Position numbers and translations under genes: made by a program. From Ginkgo biloba (lineage: Eukaryota; Plantae; Ginkgophyta): a stretch of 19,381 nt of DNA. The notes beneath the pieces were generated by a model. That model did no database searches. It was not told the DNA's origin and worked only from the letters and a program-made list of their open reading frames with translations. The stretch covers positions 28,343,768 to 28,363,148 of the forward strand of contig JANKJI020000002.1 of NCBI GenBank assembly GCA_024626585.2, in the 5' to 3' direction. Below are positions 1 to 11,648 of the stretch, in pieces (position 1 is the stretch's first letter; each line of letters opens with the position of its first letter).

Positions 1-324
1 TTCTTTATCATATAAAGCCTTCAAAAAATACCATATTTCCTTTGATTTTCTTTGGATTAGAGAAAGTGATATATCATATGTGACACTCAAATAAATAGTT
101 GAACGTGCTTTCTTTTCTCTACGGTCACATTCTTTTTGTTTATCTTCATCAAGAGGCCTACGTTCCTTTCCATTTACAATATCCTAGAAATCAGAATGCA
201 CAAGAATATCTTTTATCATTGATTTCCATTCCGAATAGTTTTCCCCATCTAATTTATTAGAATCTTCAAAATATGTTGATACTTCATTTTCAAATTCAAA
301 CCGCTCTTCTATTTATATGTCCAT
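1..324 (-). mobile_element. Degenerate Ty1/copia gag N-terminus (DUF4219/UBN2-like), runs off the window edge
   Basis: Manual translation from ATG 324, single frame: MDI*IEERFEFENEVSTYFEDSNKLDGENYSEWKSMIKDILVHSDF*DIVNGKERRPLDEDKQKECDRREKKARSTIYLSVTYDISLSLIQRKSKEIWYFLKALYDKE. Matches the copia gag pattern KLDGxNYxxWK...(W)DIV.G.E..P...KKARSTIxLSV...KEIW..LK.LY. Two in-frame stops, one a TGG>TAG change at 184-186. Confidence 0.8.
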
Positions 325-865
325 TTTGATAGCTTGCTTTTGGCATGTCAAGAAAATAAATTTTAGATTCTAACTGTTGAACTTGATTCTTCGTTGTAAG
401 AAAAAAATTCACCTATAATCTTGTCCAAAATTGACTCCATTTGAGCCTTTTTTAATCCTATTTTGAATGTAACAAATTGACTTTGTTTCACTCCTTTAGC
501 ACCCTTCTATATTCTTGGTCTTCCATATGACCTTCCTTCATCTTCTTTAAACAAAATTATTTTGTAAAAATCACTTAATGAATTTGGAAATCCTAACCTT
601 CTGTGTCTAAAATTAAACCAACTAACCAATTTTTCTACCATTAACCTTGAAATAATAACTAATAGAAAAGATACTTGAATTTAACTTAACAAAAAAGATG
701 ACTTAAAAAAATCAAAAGGAGCACCACATGACCTCCGATGAGGTAGGATTCACACCTAATTATAATCTGAATAAATTAAACTCAAACCTTTATAAATTTA
801 AGATTTTAAAAAATTCCCTACGTTATGTTCTCCACAAACTTTCTCCCACATTCTAATTATTTGTT

Positions 866-879
866 GCGCTCATAGCATG
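866..879 (-). other. Possible degenerate primer-binding site (Met-i tRNA) after an LTR end, about 540 bp upstream of the copia gag
   Basis: Minus strand reads CA|TGCTATGAGCGC, a 9/12 match to TGGTATCAGAGC, with the correct orientation and position for the gag at 324-1. Confidence 0.3.
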
Positions 880-1172
880 ATGGCTACATCTTCAAAAACT
901 ACAACACTTCTTTGATCTAATTTGCAGTGTCTCGATGGAAATATTCCTTAGGGCATCACTCATAATCCCTTGTAATTTTTTTACTATGACCTAATTTATA
1001 CTATAATTTTCTTCTACACAATCTATTTTTTTCCTTTTATTCATGGTGTTTTATTGATCACAGTGTTTTTCCNNNNNNNNNNNNNNNNNNNNNNNNNNNN
1101 NNNNNNNNNNNNNNNNNNNNNNNNNNNNNNNNNNNNNNNNNNNNNNNNNNNNNNNNNNNNNNNNNNNNNNNN

Positions 1173-2780
1173 CAAATACTTGTCATATATTCTCTTTTTG
1201 CTCATCAACATTCTTATTAAAATTAAGGATATCATCTAGATATATGATGACAAACTTACCAATGAGTGATCGCAAGATAGAATTCATTGACCTCATGAAA
1301 GTGCTTGGTGCATTTGATAATTCAAAAGGAATATCCCTCCATTCATACAATCCATATCTCATTTTAAATGAATTATTCCACTCACCTCCTTCTCGGATGT
1401 GAATTTGATAGTATCCACTTCTCAAATCCACATTTGAAAAAAATATTTCCCTAAACAAATAATCCATCATGTCACACTAGTGTGGCATGGAAAATATATA
1501 CTTGATGGTGATTTTATTAATGGCTTGAGAATTTACACACATACTCCATACTCCATATTTCTTAGGTGCCAAAACTAATGACACCACATGTGGGCTCAAT
1601 ATCTCATGTATGTTCCCTTTCTCTAACAACTTCTAGACCTGTTGGACCATCTCCTCATTCTCTTGAGGGCTTAATATGTAANNNNNNNNNNNNNNNNNNN
1701 NNNNNNNNNNNNNNNNNNNNNNNNNNNNNNNNNNNNNNNNNNNNNNNNNNNNNNNNNNNNNNNNNTAGTAATCCTACTGGTAACTCCTCTAGGATAATGT
1801 TAGAATATTATTCCAGTAACTCTTCGATATATATCAGTATTGGTTATGACCTCTCTTCCTATACTTACTTCATTATTAATGCATAGCAAGTGTTGGTTAC
1901 CTTCATATCTCTCAATAAATTATTTCATCGATAAAATTGCTTGTGTTAATTATTACTCCTCCTACGATGATAAAATAAATATCCTTTCATATTTATAAAT
2001 TTTATAGGTATTATTCCTCCCATCATGTTCTACTCATTAAATAAAATACCATGGTCATCCAAGTAATAAGTGGAATGCTTCTATCAGAATGATGTCACAC
2101 CACACTATATCTATGTAATCTCCCATCTGAAATTCCATTAAATATCTCTCTATGATGGTAATCTCTCCTCATTTCTTAAACCATATGATTCGTTATGGTG
2201 ATCCATGCACCTTTATCTATAGCCCCAACTTTTTCATAATCTCCTCTAAAATCATATTTTCACAACTTCCCCTATCAATGATTAATTTATAGTACTTGCC
2301 TCCAGATAAACACTTAGTTTTGAAAATACTTTTCCTCTTTTCCATGTCATTAATCAATTTTACATATTATCTAATTACTTATTATCTCTTTTTAGTTATC
2401 AATTACATACTCTTTCCACTCTCAATCAATTTCTTCTAATTTGGAACCCTATTCCCTGACATCATTGACTAGTTTATCAGTCTACTCCATAATCTTCTAT
2501 AGGATCCCATTGTTAGTGACCCAAAGTGCTTCATCTAACAACCATATAAGTCATGCAATTTTCCTTATCCTCTCAATATCAATGAAATTTCACTTACCAT
2601 TAGGTTTTTGGACTTCTTTTTCAATGTGTACTCTACCACTTTCTCCTCCTTGGCTAGATTTTCTCTTCACTCTTCCCTCGATATTCCATCATCAATTCTT
2701 ATTTAACATTCATTCGATCAATGGCCTTATATTCCACATTAATAAAAAATTATCATTTTTTGTGGTGCATACATACCTCT
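1173..2780 (-). mobile_element. Degenerate Ty3/gypsy (CRM-like) gag zinc knuckle, aspartic protease and reverse transcriptase N-terminal/core fragment
   Basis: Zinc knuckle relic FY*CGI*GH*SNEC (2747-2706, CX2CX4HX4C spacing). Protease RKSIFKTKC...KLIIDRGSCENMI...VWCDIILIEAFHLLLG*PWYF (about 2340-2040). RT YILSPQENEEM...APKKYGVWSMCVNSQAINKITIKY...DLRSGYYQIHIREGGEW...PFELSNAPSTFMR...IYLDDIL (about 1680-1173). Many stops; contains one N-gap. Confidence 0.93.
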
Positions 2781-2880
2781 NNNNNNNNNNNNNNNNNNNN
2801 NNNNNNNNNNNNNNNNNNNNNNNNNNNNNNNNNNNNNNNNNNNNNNNNNNNNNNNNNNNNNNNNNNNNNNNNNNNNNNNN

Positions 2881-4369
2881 TTGGTCATCCACCATGGTCC
2901 AATCTTATTATATTTTAGCTTGTTATAAGTTCCTATCGAAAACCTGTCCTTCCTCATGAATACCATGACTATATCTATGCTTTCAAATTCTTTAAGTCAG
3001 TGATGTTGATATTCTATTGAATTATATAATGTATTTCTCTTTGCTAGATATTTCTTTACCTCCTCATGAATTTTCTTTAGGTTATTTTCCATTACTTCAA
3101 CATCGTTAGTGACATTTTCTTCACTTAGAATTTCCACCAAGTCCACCATAGTTTTTGACATTCTTTCGTACATAATCTAGAAAGCTGCCAACCTTGTTAA
3201 CCTGCTCACTAAATTATTATATGCAAACTTAGCTTGTGCCAATGTCGAATCCCATTGTTTGGGTTTGCTTCCTGCCAAACTTTATAATAAGTTTTTCAAC
3301 GACTGGTTCACAATCTCTATTTTTCTATCGGTCTATGGGTGGTATGCAATATTGTACTATATCTTGGTGTCCAAATTCCTCCACAACATTTTCTAGAAAT
3401 AACCCAATCCTCTACTGTGTATTTTTATGATGATGTTATCCCACATGGAACTATCATTGACCCTTAAATAAATACTTTCCCTATATGAAATAGTCTCCAT
3501 AGAACTCTCCATTGTTGATTGTCACACTTTTTAAGTATTCCGTCACTTGTCAAAAGTCTTTGTTGATGTCATACATGCCCTTCACCTACTCAAATCCAAT
3601 GACTTCATTTGTCATTGTTGTCTGCAAGGACGTTCTCTGGATCAATGCATATTCCACTTGATTCATCTTAATAGATTTATATTTCAACACAAAATAACAG
3701 GACTGTAAGAACTCCATCGATTTGGCATGTTGGAAATTCATCTTTCCTTGAGAATTCAGATACTTTAAGGCTTAATGGTTGGTATACAACAAAAATTATT
3801 TGGGTAACAACTAATGTCTCCAATGCTTAAGCGCTTGTACCAACCTATATAAATCCAAATCATAGGTTGAATACCTTCGTCAACTTCCATTTAACTTTTC
3901 ACTAAAAAATGTTCTTGGTATGTCCTCTTGAATGAGTATAGCTCCAACCCTAGTCACTGATGCATCACACTCAACTTCAAAAACTTTGTCAAAATTTGGT
4001 AGTGTAAGGAAGGGTTCCTCTATCACCTTCTTCTTCCACATCTTAAAACTATGTCATGCAACTTTCATCCACTAAAACACCTTCCCCCTAGTGTATCCAT
4101 TTATAGGTGTTCCCATGATACTAAATTTCTTGATAAAATTACGGTAAGAAAATTACTAACCCATAAAAGATTCTCACCTTGACAACATTTATCAGTGTTG
4201 GCCATTCCATAATTGCCCCGAACTTCTTCGAATCCATCCATAGTCCTTCTTCGAAAATGAATACTCCTAAATACACTAAACTCCATATGAATAAATTATA
4301 CTTCCTCAAGTTCACAAACATATTCTCTTGTTAGAATATCTCAATGAATTATTGGAGATGCTCTTTATG
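2881..4369 (-). mobile_element. Degenerate Ty3/gypsy (CRM-like) RT C-terminus, RNase H and integrase fragment
   Basis: RT end FVNLRKY...LVYLG...GLWMDSKKFGAIMEWPT...VRIFYGL. RNase H LTLPNFDKVFEVECDAS...FFSEKLNGS*RRYSTYDLDLYRLVQALKHWRH (about 4020-3634). Integrase AYHP*TDRKIEIVNQSLKNLL...PKQWD..LAQAKFAYN and VMVFMRKDRFSIGTYNKLKYNKIGP. The RT-RH-INT order is gypsy-type. Confidence 0.93.
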
Positions 4370-4499
4370 NNNNNNNNNNNNNNNNNNNNNNNNNNNNNNN
4401 NNNNNNNNNNNNNNNNNNNNNNNNNNNNNNNNNNNNNNNNNNNNNNNNNNNNNNNNNNNNNNNNNNNNNAAATGAGGGATTTACCCTTCAAAGTCTTTA

Positions 4500-5145
4500 G
4501 TGCATCAATTCTGCCCCTTAAAAAAAGGCTGAATAATTGATATGCATGACCAAGAAACAAGAGTTGTGCTTGGCTTCTCTTAAGTCTTCAATGCATCAAC
4601 TCTGCCAAGAAACAATGATTGTTGCATGCTTCAGCAAAGTCTTCCATGTATAAATCCTGCTCCTTAAAAAAAGTTTGAATAACATAATGCATGCCTAAGA
4701 AACAAGAGTTGTNNNNNNNNNNNNNNNNNNNNNNNNNNNNNCATCAACCTTGCCAAGAAAGAAGGATTGTCGCCTGCTTCAACAGAGTCTTCCATGGATG
4801 AATTTTGCTCCTTCAGAAAATATTAAATAAGGGATATGCATGCCTCAGTGGGTCTTACAGTCATTCCTTTTTACAATATAATTTTAAAGTCATAAGACTT
4901 ACAATTTGCCCCTTAGAAAAAGGTAAAATAAAAGATATGCAAGCCTCAGTGGGCCTTACAGTCATACCACAATTCAACCCCTTAACAAAAGATTGAACAA
5001 AGGATATGCAAGCATCAACAGGTCTTACAGTCAAACCACAATTCTGTCCCTTAACAAAAGGTTAAACAAAGGATATGCAAGCCTCAGTGGGTCTTATAGT
5101 CATAATTCTTTTTACAATGTTGTTTTACAAATTGTGACTTACATA
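4500..5145. repeat. Compound diverged tandem repeat array (units of about 147, 101 and 69 bp sharing a core of about 37 bp)
   Basis: A core resembling CCCCTTAAAAAAAGGTTGAATAAAGGATATGCATGCC recurs six times. ATGCA anchors lie at 4542, 4687, 4836, 4937, 5006 and 5075 (spacings 145, 149, 101, 69, 69; the 149 spans a short gap). Confidence 0.85.
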
Positions 5146-6018
5146 ATTCAACAAGAATACAGTTTCAAAGATAAGAAGGGATAAGAGTCATCAATGTTCA
5201 TTTGAAGAGCTAACAATTGATCTCAAGTAGAGAAACCTAAATTTCCTATTGATCTTCCAAAATCTGTATGCATTCGTTGACGAACTCTCCCTTGAATATG
5301 AGTGATTTCAACCACCAGACAATCAATAGTTGCTAAGGCCTCTTGGTTATGATCTTGCTATTCTGCGACTTTATCCACTAGTCTTGTATAGGTCATCTTT
5401 TTCAAATCCAAAATACTTGAAACTTTCAAGTAACATAAGTTTGCCTCTTCAATCTCTGAGGTTTAGGCAAAAAGGGAACGAGAAATACTTTATACAATTA
5501 CAACTTTTAAGTAAATGCCAAGTACAAATACATTAATTGCAGTTTGTAACTACTAAAAAAGGACTTTGAAATAAAGATCGATACTATAATATAAATTATG
5601 CAAAGGAGGACCGCAAGCATGAGTTTATAGTTCACTTAGACGTTGCAAGGTGATTACATAACAGGTGGACTAGAATAGGATTGAAAATAACTTAAAGGGA
5701 CTTTAAAGGACAAATAGAAACTCCTTTTATGAGCTTAAACACCTTTTGGAGCAAACCACAGTCACATGGGAATGAGGCATTCAACCAAAAGCATAGAAAA
5801 GATAACTTTAAGCACCTTTTTGACACATTAACACTTTTAAATATAGTTGCATGTGACTAGGGGCTATTAAAATTTTAAACAAGCCAATAAATAAGATTAA
5901 GCACCTGTACTACATGTGACCAAGAGGTTGAGTCTTAAGGGGCTGAAAGGTCGAATGTCAAAAATTTTCCAATACAATTAATTTTTTATAAAGCATTATA
6001 AAAAATAAAAATGTTTGA

Positions 6019-6036
6019 TTTTTTTTTTTTTTTTTT
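6019..6036. repeat. T18 homopolymer (A18 on the minus strand)
   Basis: Directly visible. The minus strand reads ...GTGATAAT(A)18. Confidence 0.95.
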
Positions 6037-7016
6037 ATTATCACTAGCATAACTTCTTTGCTTCAAATTTGGATTTTTTTAGATGGATTTGAATCCATTT
6101 CCACTTCCTTTGACCTCTGTAATCTCCTTCAAATGGAATTTTGGTCATTTGGCTATTCTTTCTCCTCCTATGTTGCTCAATGTAGGACTTTTATCTTTGG
6201 TTTTCAATAGTTCATCCTCACATCATTATATTTCATAGGCTTACAAAATATTTCCAAAGCTACATGAAACTCTCCTCATAACCCTAAGGCCCATGATGGC
6301 TTCACTCATCCAAGACTCTAATAATACTTCTTAATGACCCCATGTCTTCATAGCAGGGACTACATCACCCATAGGTTGTTTATTCTCCATAGGTCATATG
6401 ATGTCTATCTGCAACCACCATACAACTTTCCTTTAATGTCACCTCTAGATTTTATATAAACACATCACCCACATCCTTACAAGAGTTTTCTAGGGTTTTA
6501 CATTGCAAAATTTTTANNNNNNNNNNNNNNNNNNNNNNNNNNNNNNNNNNNNNNNNNNNNNNNNNNNNNNNNNNNNNNNNNNNNNNNNNNNNNNNNNNNN
6601 NNNNNNNNNNNNNNNNCCCATCTAGAATGACTGGAAGCATTTATGTTCAGGTATTGCTTGACAACAGACTCAACTCTGTTTTTACACATCATATTTGATT
6701 CCTCAATCATCCTCCCTATCTATTTTAACATATATATTATTTGGAATTATTAATCCAAATCCCTGTGTGCATTGAACCATTATAGTGCTTATCTCAATGG
6801 ATTACAAACCAACAACATGCTACAAATCATCAATTCACTATTTCTATTCAATACTACCATTCAAAATCCATTCTCTTATCCTTTGTGGCCATTGTCCTTA
6901 TGAATAACCATTTACTTGTTCACCTCCCAAAGGAACAGGTTCTCCTTCACCTTCTTTATGTAGTCATAATATTCATAATACTAAATCTCCATACTCCCAA
7001 TCCTCATAGGAACATT

Positions 7017-7383
7017 ACTCTGATACCATGTTAAAATCACTATTGCTCTAAAACTATCATATTGCACTCACATAATCATAAAATACATAATATATAAATT
7101 CAATGATTTTCATATTTGTATATGTATAATATCACATCACTTAATACTCTCTCACTTGAAGACTATTATATCTGACTATATTAAATACATAGAATAATCA
7201 TCATGTATTTAGACTCACACTTTGGCTTACAGTTGATACATATTCCAACATACCTTGATACATAAATCAAGGTAACACATTAATATAGATACCCTTTAAC
7301 TATGGATAACCTAAATACTCTAGAATTATCATTAGTATTCTAATAGACCTTGTATAAGACCAAATTTAACCCTAAACCTGACA
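7017..7383 (-). mobile_element. LTR-retrotransposon 5' LTR (about 7029-7383) with Met-i tRNA primer-binding site (7017-7028)
   Basis: Minus strand ...TTTTAACA|TGGTATCAGAGT: an LTR-terminal CA followed immediately by an 11/12 match to TGGTATCAGAGC. The far boundary at 7383 is inferred only from imperfect TGTTA...TGACA termini. Confidence 0.65.
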
Positions 7384-8829
7384 CCCTTTTTCATTCTCTT
7401 TTGTCATAGAAAGCACATTCTCTTTAAAGGGGATATTGCCCATTCTTTCTTCTCATAGAAATTTTTTCACCTTAAACCATTATAATTCATCACAATGTAT
7501 ATAGTTGCATTAAAATTAATGATTAAGCTTGATTATGGAAACCTAAATAAAAACTTGATAATATATATATCAAAATGCCATGTTGTAGTTTCTCAAACTC
7601 CCTTTAATGGAAAATGATGTACCCTCTTAGTAATTAGATAATTTATCAAAGTATGCAAAAAATTTGATCCAAAATCCAAGGGGGTAATATTCTCTCTTAA
7701 GACTCTATACTCTCTCTACACTAAAATAAATAGCTCTATCAAAATTATACAGTCAAATATTTAGTATTTCATAACCATGCATGAAACAGTCAGATACTAT
7801 GTAAATACACATTCTTATAAATTATATTATGTTATTGTGCTCTCCTGAGGCACATAGAAATATGGTGCATTGCATGCAGTGATGATACTCACCTTGCGAG
7901 GCTAAAAATATGAACAAGGAATTTGAGACAATTGCACCCTTACATGCAACCTAAGGCAATATTTTATATTCCATTCGTGAACTTATCAAATCACCTATAA
8001 AATATCCTATAATGATATTATATACATTCATGGGATTTTATTACCAAGATCTATCATAATCACTCAAAATTCTAAGATAAATCAAAGGAAAGAACCATTC
8101 ACAATAATTGAATTCCACTTGTAAGAATACAAATTCAAGAATATGAAGTTATGCANNNNNNNNNNNNNNNNNNNNNNNNNNNNNNNNNNNNNNNNNNNNN
8201 NNNNNNNNNNNNNNNNNNNNNNNNNNNNNNNNNNNNNNNNNNNNNNNNNNNNNNNTTCCTTTGAAAATGTTCCAATAATTGTAGCTCAAAAAACCCAAGT
8301 CTACCACAATTTGGACAACATTATAATTATGATTTCTTTTATTCTTTAGACAAACTGCCTTTAACTTCCTTCATCTGCCACAACGGTGGAAGCTTTGGCT
8401 ATAACACTGCTATTAAGGCCTTGAGCTTAATCCATGATCATAAACCACATTACAAAGCAAAACTATACAAGCACAATCACAAAAGAGGGTATAATCGACA
8501 CAACAAAATAATGGGCAATGTACTATAATTATAAATGTCAAAGTAAAAAAAATGAGTGAGTATAATGGTGAAGTAAGTGCCCACATGCATCTCCATATAG
8601 AAGCCCAGTAATCCTAGTCCAAAGTTAATTACAATTGAAGGGTTGAGTTGGTATTTACATGTACACAATACAAATCTCTAGATACCTTGTTACACATCCA
8701 AACAATGCACCACTTGCAAAGATTCAAGATGAAGCTAGACACAAACATGCACTGCGTATACCAATATACTTGCAAGTAAACAAATGAGAATTGCTCTATG
8801 TTTATTCTTAATAGCAATAAGTATACAAA

Positions 8830-9400
8830 GTACTTCCCAATGTGAGGGCACTTTTTGATGTAGAAAAGGAGATGATATTCATTTTCCTATCACGTATTGT
8901 TGATGAACTCGTCTATCATCCAAAACCAAAACCCACATAGATATCACAATTCCATGTGGGCCAATGCCCAATTCACAAGTTATAACATGATTTCATGTAA
9001 ACCACCAGAGACTACTCCATTAGTACCTTTTATTCCATAAACTCTATAAGCAATCCATAAAACGATTACCCAAACTCCACAAGTAATTGTCCAATCTCCA
9101 AGATAGGTTGAATGCCTTCACCCTTTCCTAAAGAAATACTCATCCCCTCATGGCAGTAAAAGATAACAATAACTTAACATAAATAGGGAAGATATTTGGG
9201 ATAGATTGCATCATATTTAGGAACTATCTATTAAGAAGATAGAGGCAATAGTGGTAGAAACCAAAGGCATTTAGATATCCAACTTAAAACAACTATTTCA
9301 ATAGTTTTAATGGATTCAATGCCCCAATGGTAACAATGGTCTAAAGTTGAAGGATAAAAGGGAGAAAGTAGAATAAGAAAGGGTTCCACCAAGAACATCA
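8830..9400 (-). mobile_element. Probable highly decayed LINE (L1-like) ORF1 remnant
   Basis: Across frameshifts I read VWV/..FYGLLIEFME*KVLME (about 9075-9020, like VWVRFxGLPxEFW) and EYHLLFYIKKCPHIGK (8880-8833, like YExLPFxCxxCxxxGH). Order and spacing (about 65 aa) are plausible. Motif matching by eye only. Confidence 0.35.
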
Positions 9401-10589
9401 CTAATGAGGAGATTCCCTAATTTCCCTATTTTTCTTTTCCTTTCTTGGTGCATTTTATAATGTGAATGCCCTTTGCCTTCACAGATTGTTGATCTAGAGG
9501 ATTCATCTAGACTATTTATGTACACCCTTATCATTAACTCTCAAATTTTATTTTTTCCCATATTCTGGGTGTTGTAATAGAATGGTTATGGCCATGTCCT
9601 TGTAAATGTTGAGGTTCCTATACTTTTAATTGTTTGATATGTGTTGTATAATTTGCATGGCTTACATCAATGTAGATGTTACACCCCTAAGGATTGTACA
9701 CCCCAGCCATAATTTTATGGGGTCTGAGTTTCTAAGATATAATAAGTTCTTAAGCACTACTAGGAATAAGCATATCAAACTCAATAGATCTCCTAAAATA
9801 TTTTAATGTATCCACATGTTAATGACAATAACAAGTGTCTCAAGATATGTTTGGCCTGATAGACCATGGTTTAAATTTCTTAAAGCTCTTATGTAAAATT
9901 TTCACATCAAGATAATCCTCCTAAAACCTATGAAACAATGCATTTTATGTGATATCTACAAAATATTTTTTTATGTTCTTCATGGTTCCCTCTTACAATT
10001 ATTCATGTCAAAATATCCCTCCTATTGGAGGAAACATGTGAATTGGGCTCCCAAAACTCTGTAATAATACTACTGACATCCTTTGAAATCCTATCACTGC
10101 AAGCATGTCTACAAATAATCACCCAACATGCACCAAGATCATTCTCCTCCAAGAAAGACCTAAAATTTTGATGCCTTTACAATGTCCTTTTGGATATTTT
10201 TAACTTTTTTTAAGTTACTCCAAGAAGCTTCTTTTATGACATTTTTCAATTCACAAGAGCTATCATTAGAACTCAATGAGCATCTCTCTTATCAACACTT
10301 CAATATTCTAAAAGTNNNNNNNNNNNNNNNNNNNNNNNNNNNNNNNNNNNNNNNNNNNNNNNNNNNNNNNNNNNNNNNNNNNNNNNNNNNNNNNNNNNNN
10401 NNNNNNNNNNNNNNNGCACCCCTTGCCTGCATTCCAATGCTCCACAATGGAAGGCAATTTGAGAATTAATACGAAATAATGTCCTTCCAAATATGATTGA
10501 AGTCAAATTTATATAGGCAATGCCTCTCATGACATTAATAAAGACAACTACAATAGCAACATAAAAATAATTTATTTATGCTTCATTAC

Positions 10590-10784
10590 TTGAATTGAAT
10601 CATAATCTTGTCCAACATCGTAATAGATGGTGCCCACGCAAAGGCAGAGTGCAATGTAAATTGCAACACGGAGCCAATAGTATCCCAAATCTCGATACAT
10701 GTTTACGAACGATCTTTTGGTTAGGACGTAAGACTGCATGATAAAGCTCGCTTGACTTCCTTTCGTTTCAAGTGGTCTTCCTTC
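10590..10784 (-). CDS. ABCG11-like: ABCG coding segment 8 (start of the ABC2 membrane domain, TM1)
   Basis: ACCAG|[65 protein letters not shown]|GTAATG. 195 bp, phase 0. Confidence 0.92.
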
Positions 10785-10892
10785 CTGGTGATGTATAGGT
10801 GATTTAAATGCGTGATTTTTAATTAATTTCTCATTTAGTCTAGTCACTAAGGTCGCAAATAGTAAAACCTTAAAATTTCTTACTAATTATAC

Positions 10893-11024
10893 CCTTGTAG
10901 AGATCTCATTGACTGTATTCAAAACTGCCTTAGCTGTTTCCGATGATTGGTAAGATCTGACAAGAAGATCTATGACTTCCGAAGTTGTCATATGCCCTTG
11001 ACTATCCGGCCCTTCCTCTATGTC
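10893..11024 (-). CDS. ABCG11-like: ABCG coding segment 7 (linker)
   Basis: ACCAG|DIEEGPDSQGHMTTSEVIDLLVRSYQSSETAKAVLNTVNEISTR|GTATAA. 132 bp, phase 0. Confidence 0.85.
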
Positions 11025-11143
11025 CTGGTATTTACATGCCAACAAACTTTTAACATATTTGTAATGGGCTCTTATAATAACAATCGCAGTTAATCAAATG
11101 TATATCTCTCAAAAACTTGGTAAAAATACTTTTAGGAACTCAC

Positions 11144-11230
11144 TCGTTCAAAGTCGGAGTTGATTATTCGGAGATAATGATCAGAGGGGTTTCTTAACGA
11201 TGGACAAGGGAAACCGTTTGCTGCAAAGAA
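11144..11230 (-). CDS. ABCG11-like: ABCG coding segment 6
   Basis: CAAAG|[29 protein letters not shown]|GTGAGT. 87 bp, phase 0. Confidence 0.9.
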
Positions 11231-11371
11231 CTTTGGATCAAAACATTGTTCAAATCAGCATGCATCTATAAAGTCCAAATGACTTTGTTCTCACAAATCT
11301 TTGCGAAAAAAGCATTTAACAGAATTACAAAAATATTACTGTTATTATGGAGCACGAAGTACACTCATCAC

Positions 11372-11546
11372 CTGGCTAGCTGCAGAAGCTTCGCCGAAGT
11401 ACACTGTTCTCCCACCACAAAGCAGATATAGGTTATGAAATAATTCGAACACCTCACTGCTCGGCTGATGAATTGATGCAATCACTGTTCTTCCATCTTC
11501 TCTTGCCAGACTCGATAGTCTTTTTACAACGTGATAAGCAGCGGCG
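11372..11546 (-). CDS. ABCG11-like: ABCG coding segment 5 (H-loop)
   Basis: GTCAG|C, then [58 protein letters not shown], then |GTGATG. 175 bp, phase 2 to 0. Confidence 0.92.
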
Positions 11547-11648
11547 CTGACCCCAAAAACATTTTATTTAATTCAATGTCAGATTCACTCCTTCTGCACA
11601 TCAAATTGACCAAATAAATCTTAATTTGTTTTACAAATGAAGTTTTAC

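Noticed and set aside
4500-5184. CRISPR-like array, or repeat-protein ORFs (NKGYAS... in 4805-4996 and 4993-5184)
   Set aside because: Inter-core sequences are homologous to each other rather than unique spacers. The 23-aa periodicity simply reflects the 69-bp unit, and the ORFs are short with non-ATG starts.
5150-5962. Possible LTR next to the tandem array
   Set aside because: Composition is suggestive, but I could not fix TG/CA termini, a primer-binding site, a polypurine tract or a second copy.
9316-10530. Minus-strand ORFs (...IIFGRTLF..., ...VLGGTLSY...) as the missing ABCG transmembrane exons
   Set aside because: Only 3-4 residue coincidences; no GGFPSF or ERLNGHY motifs and no convincing exon boundaries.
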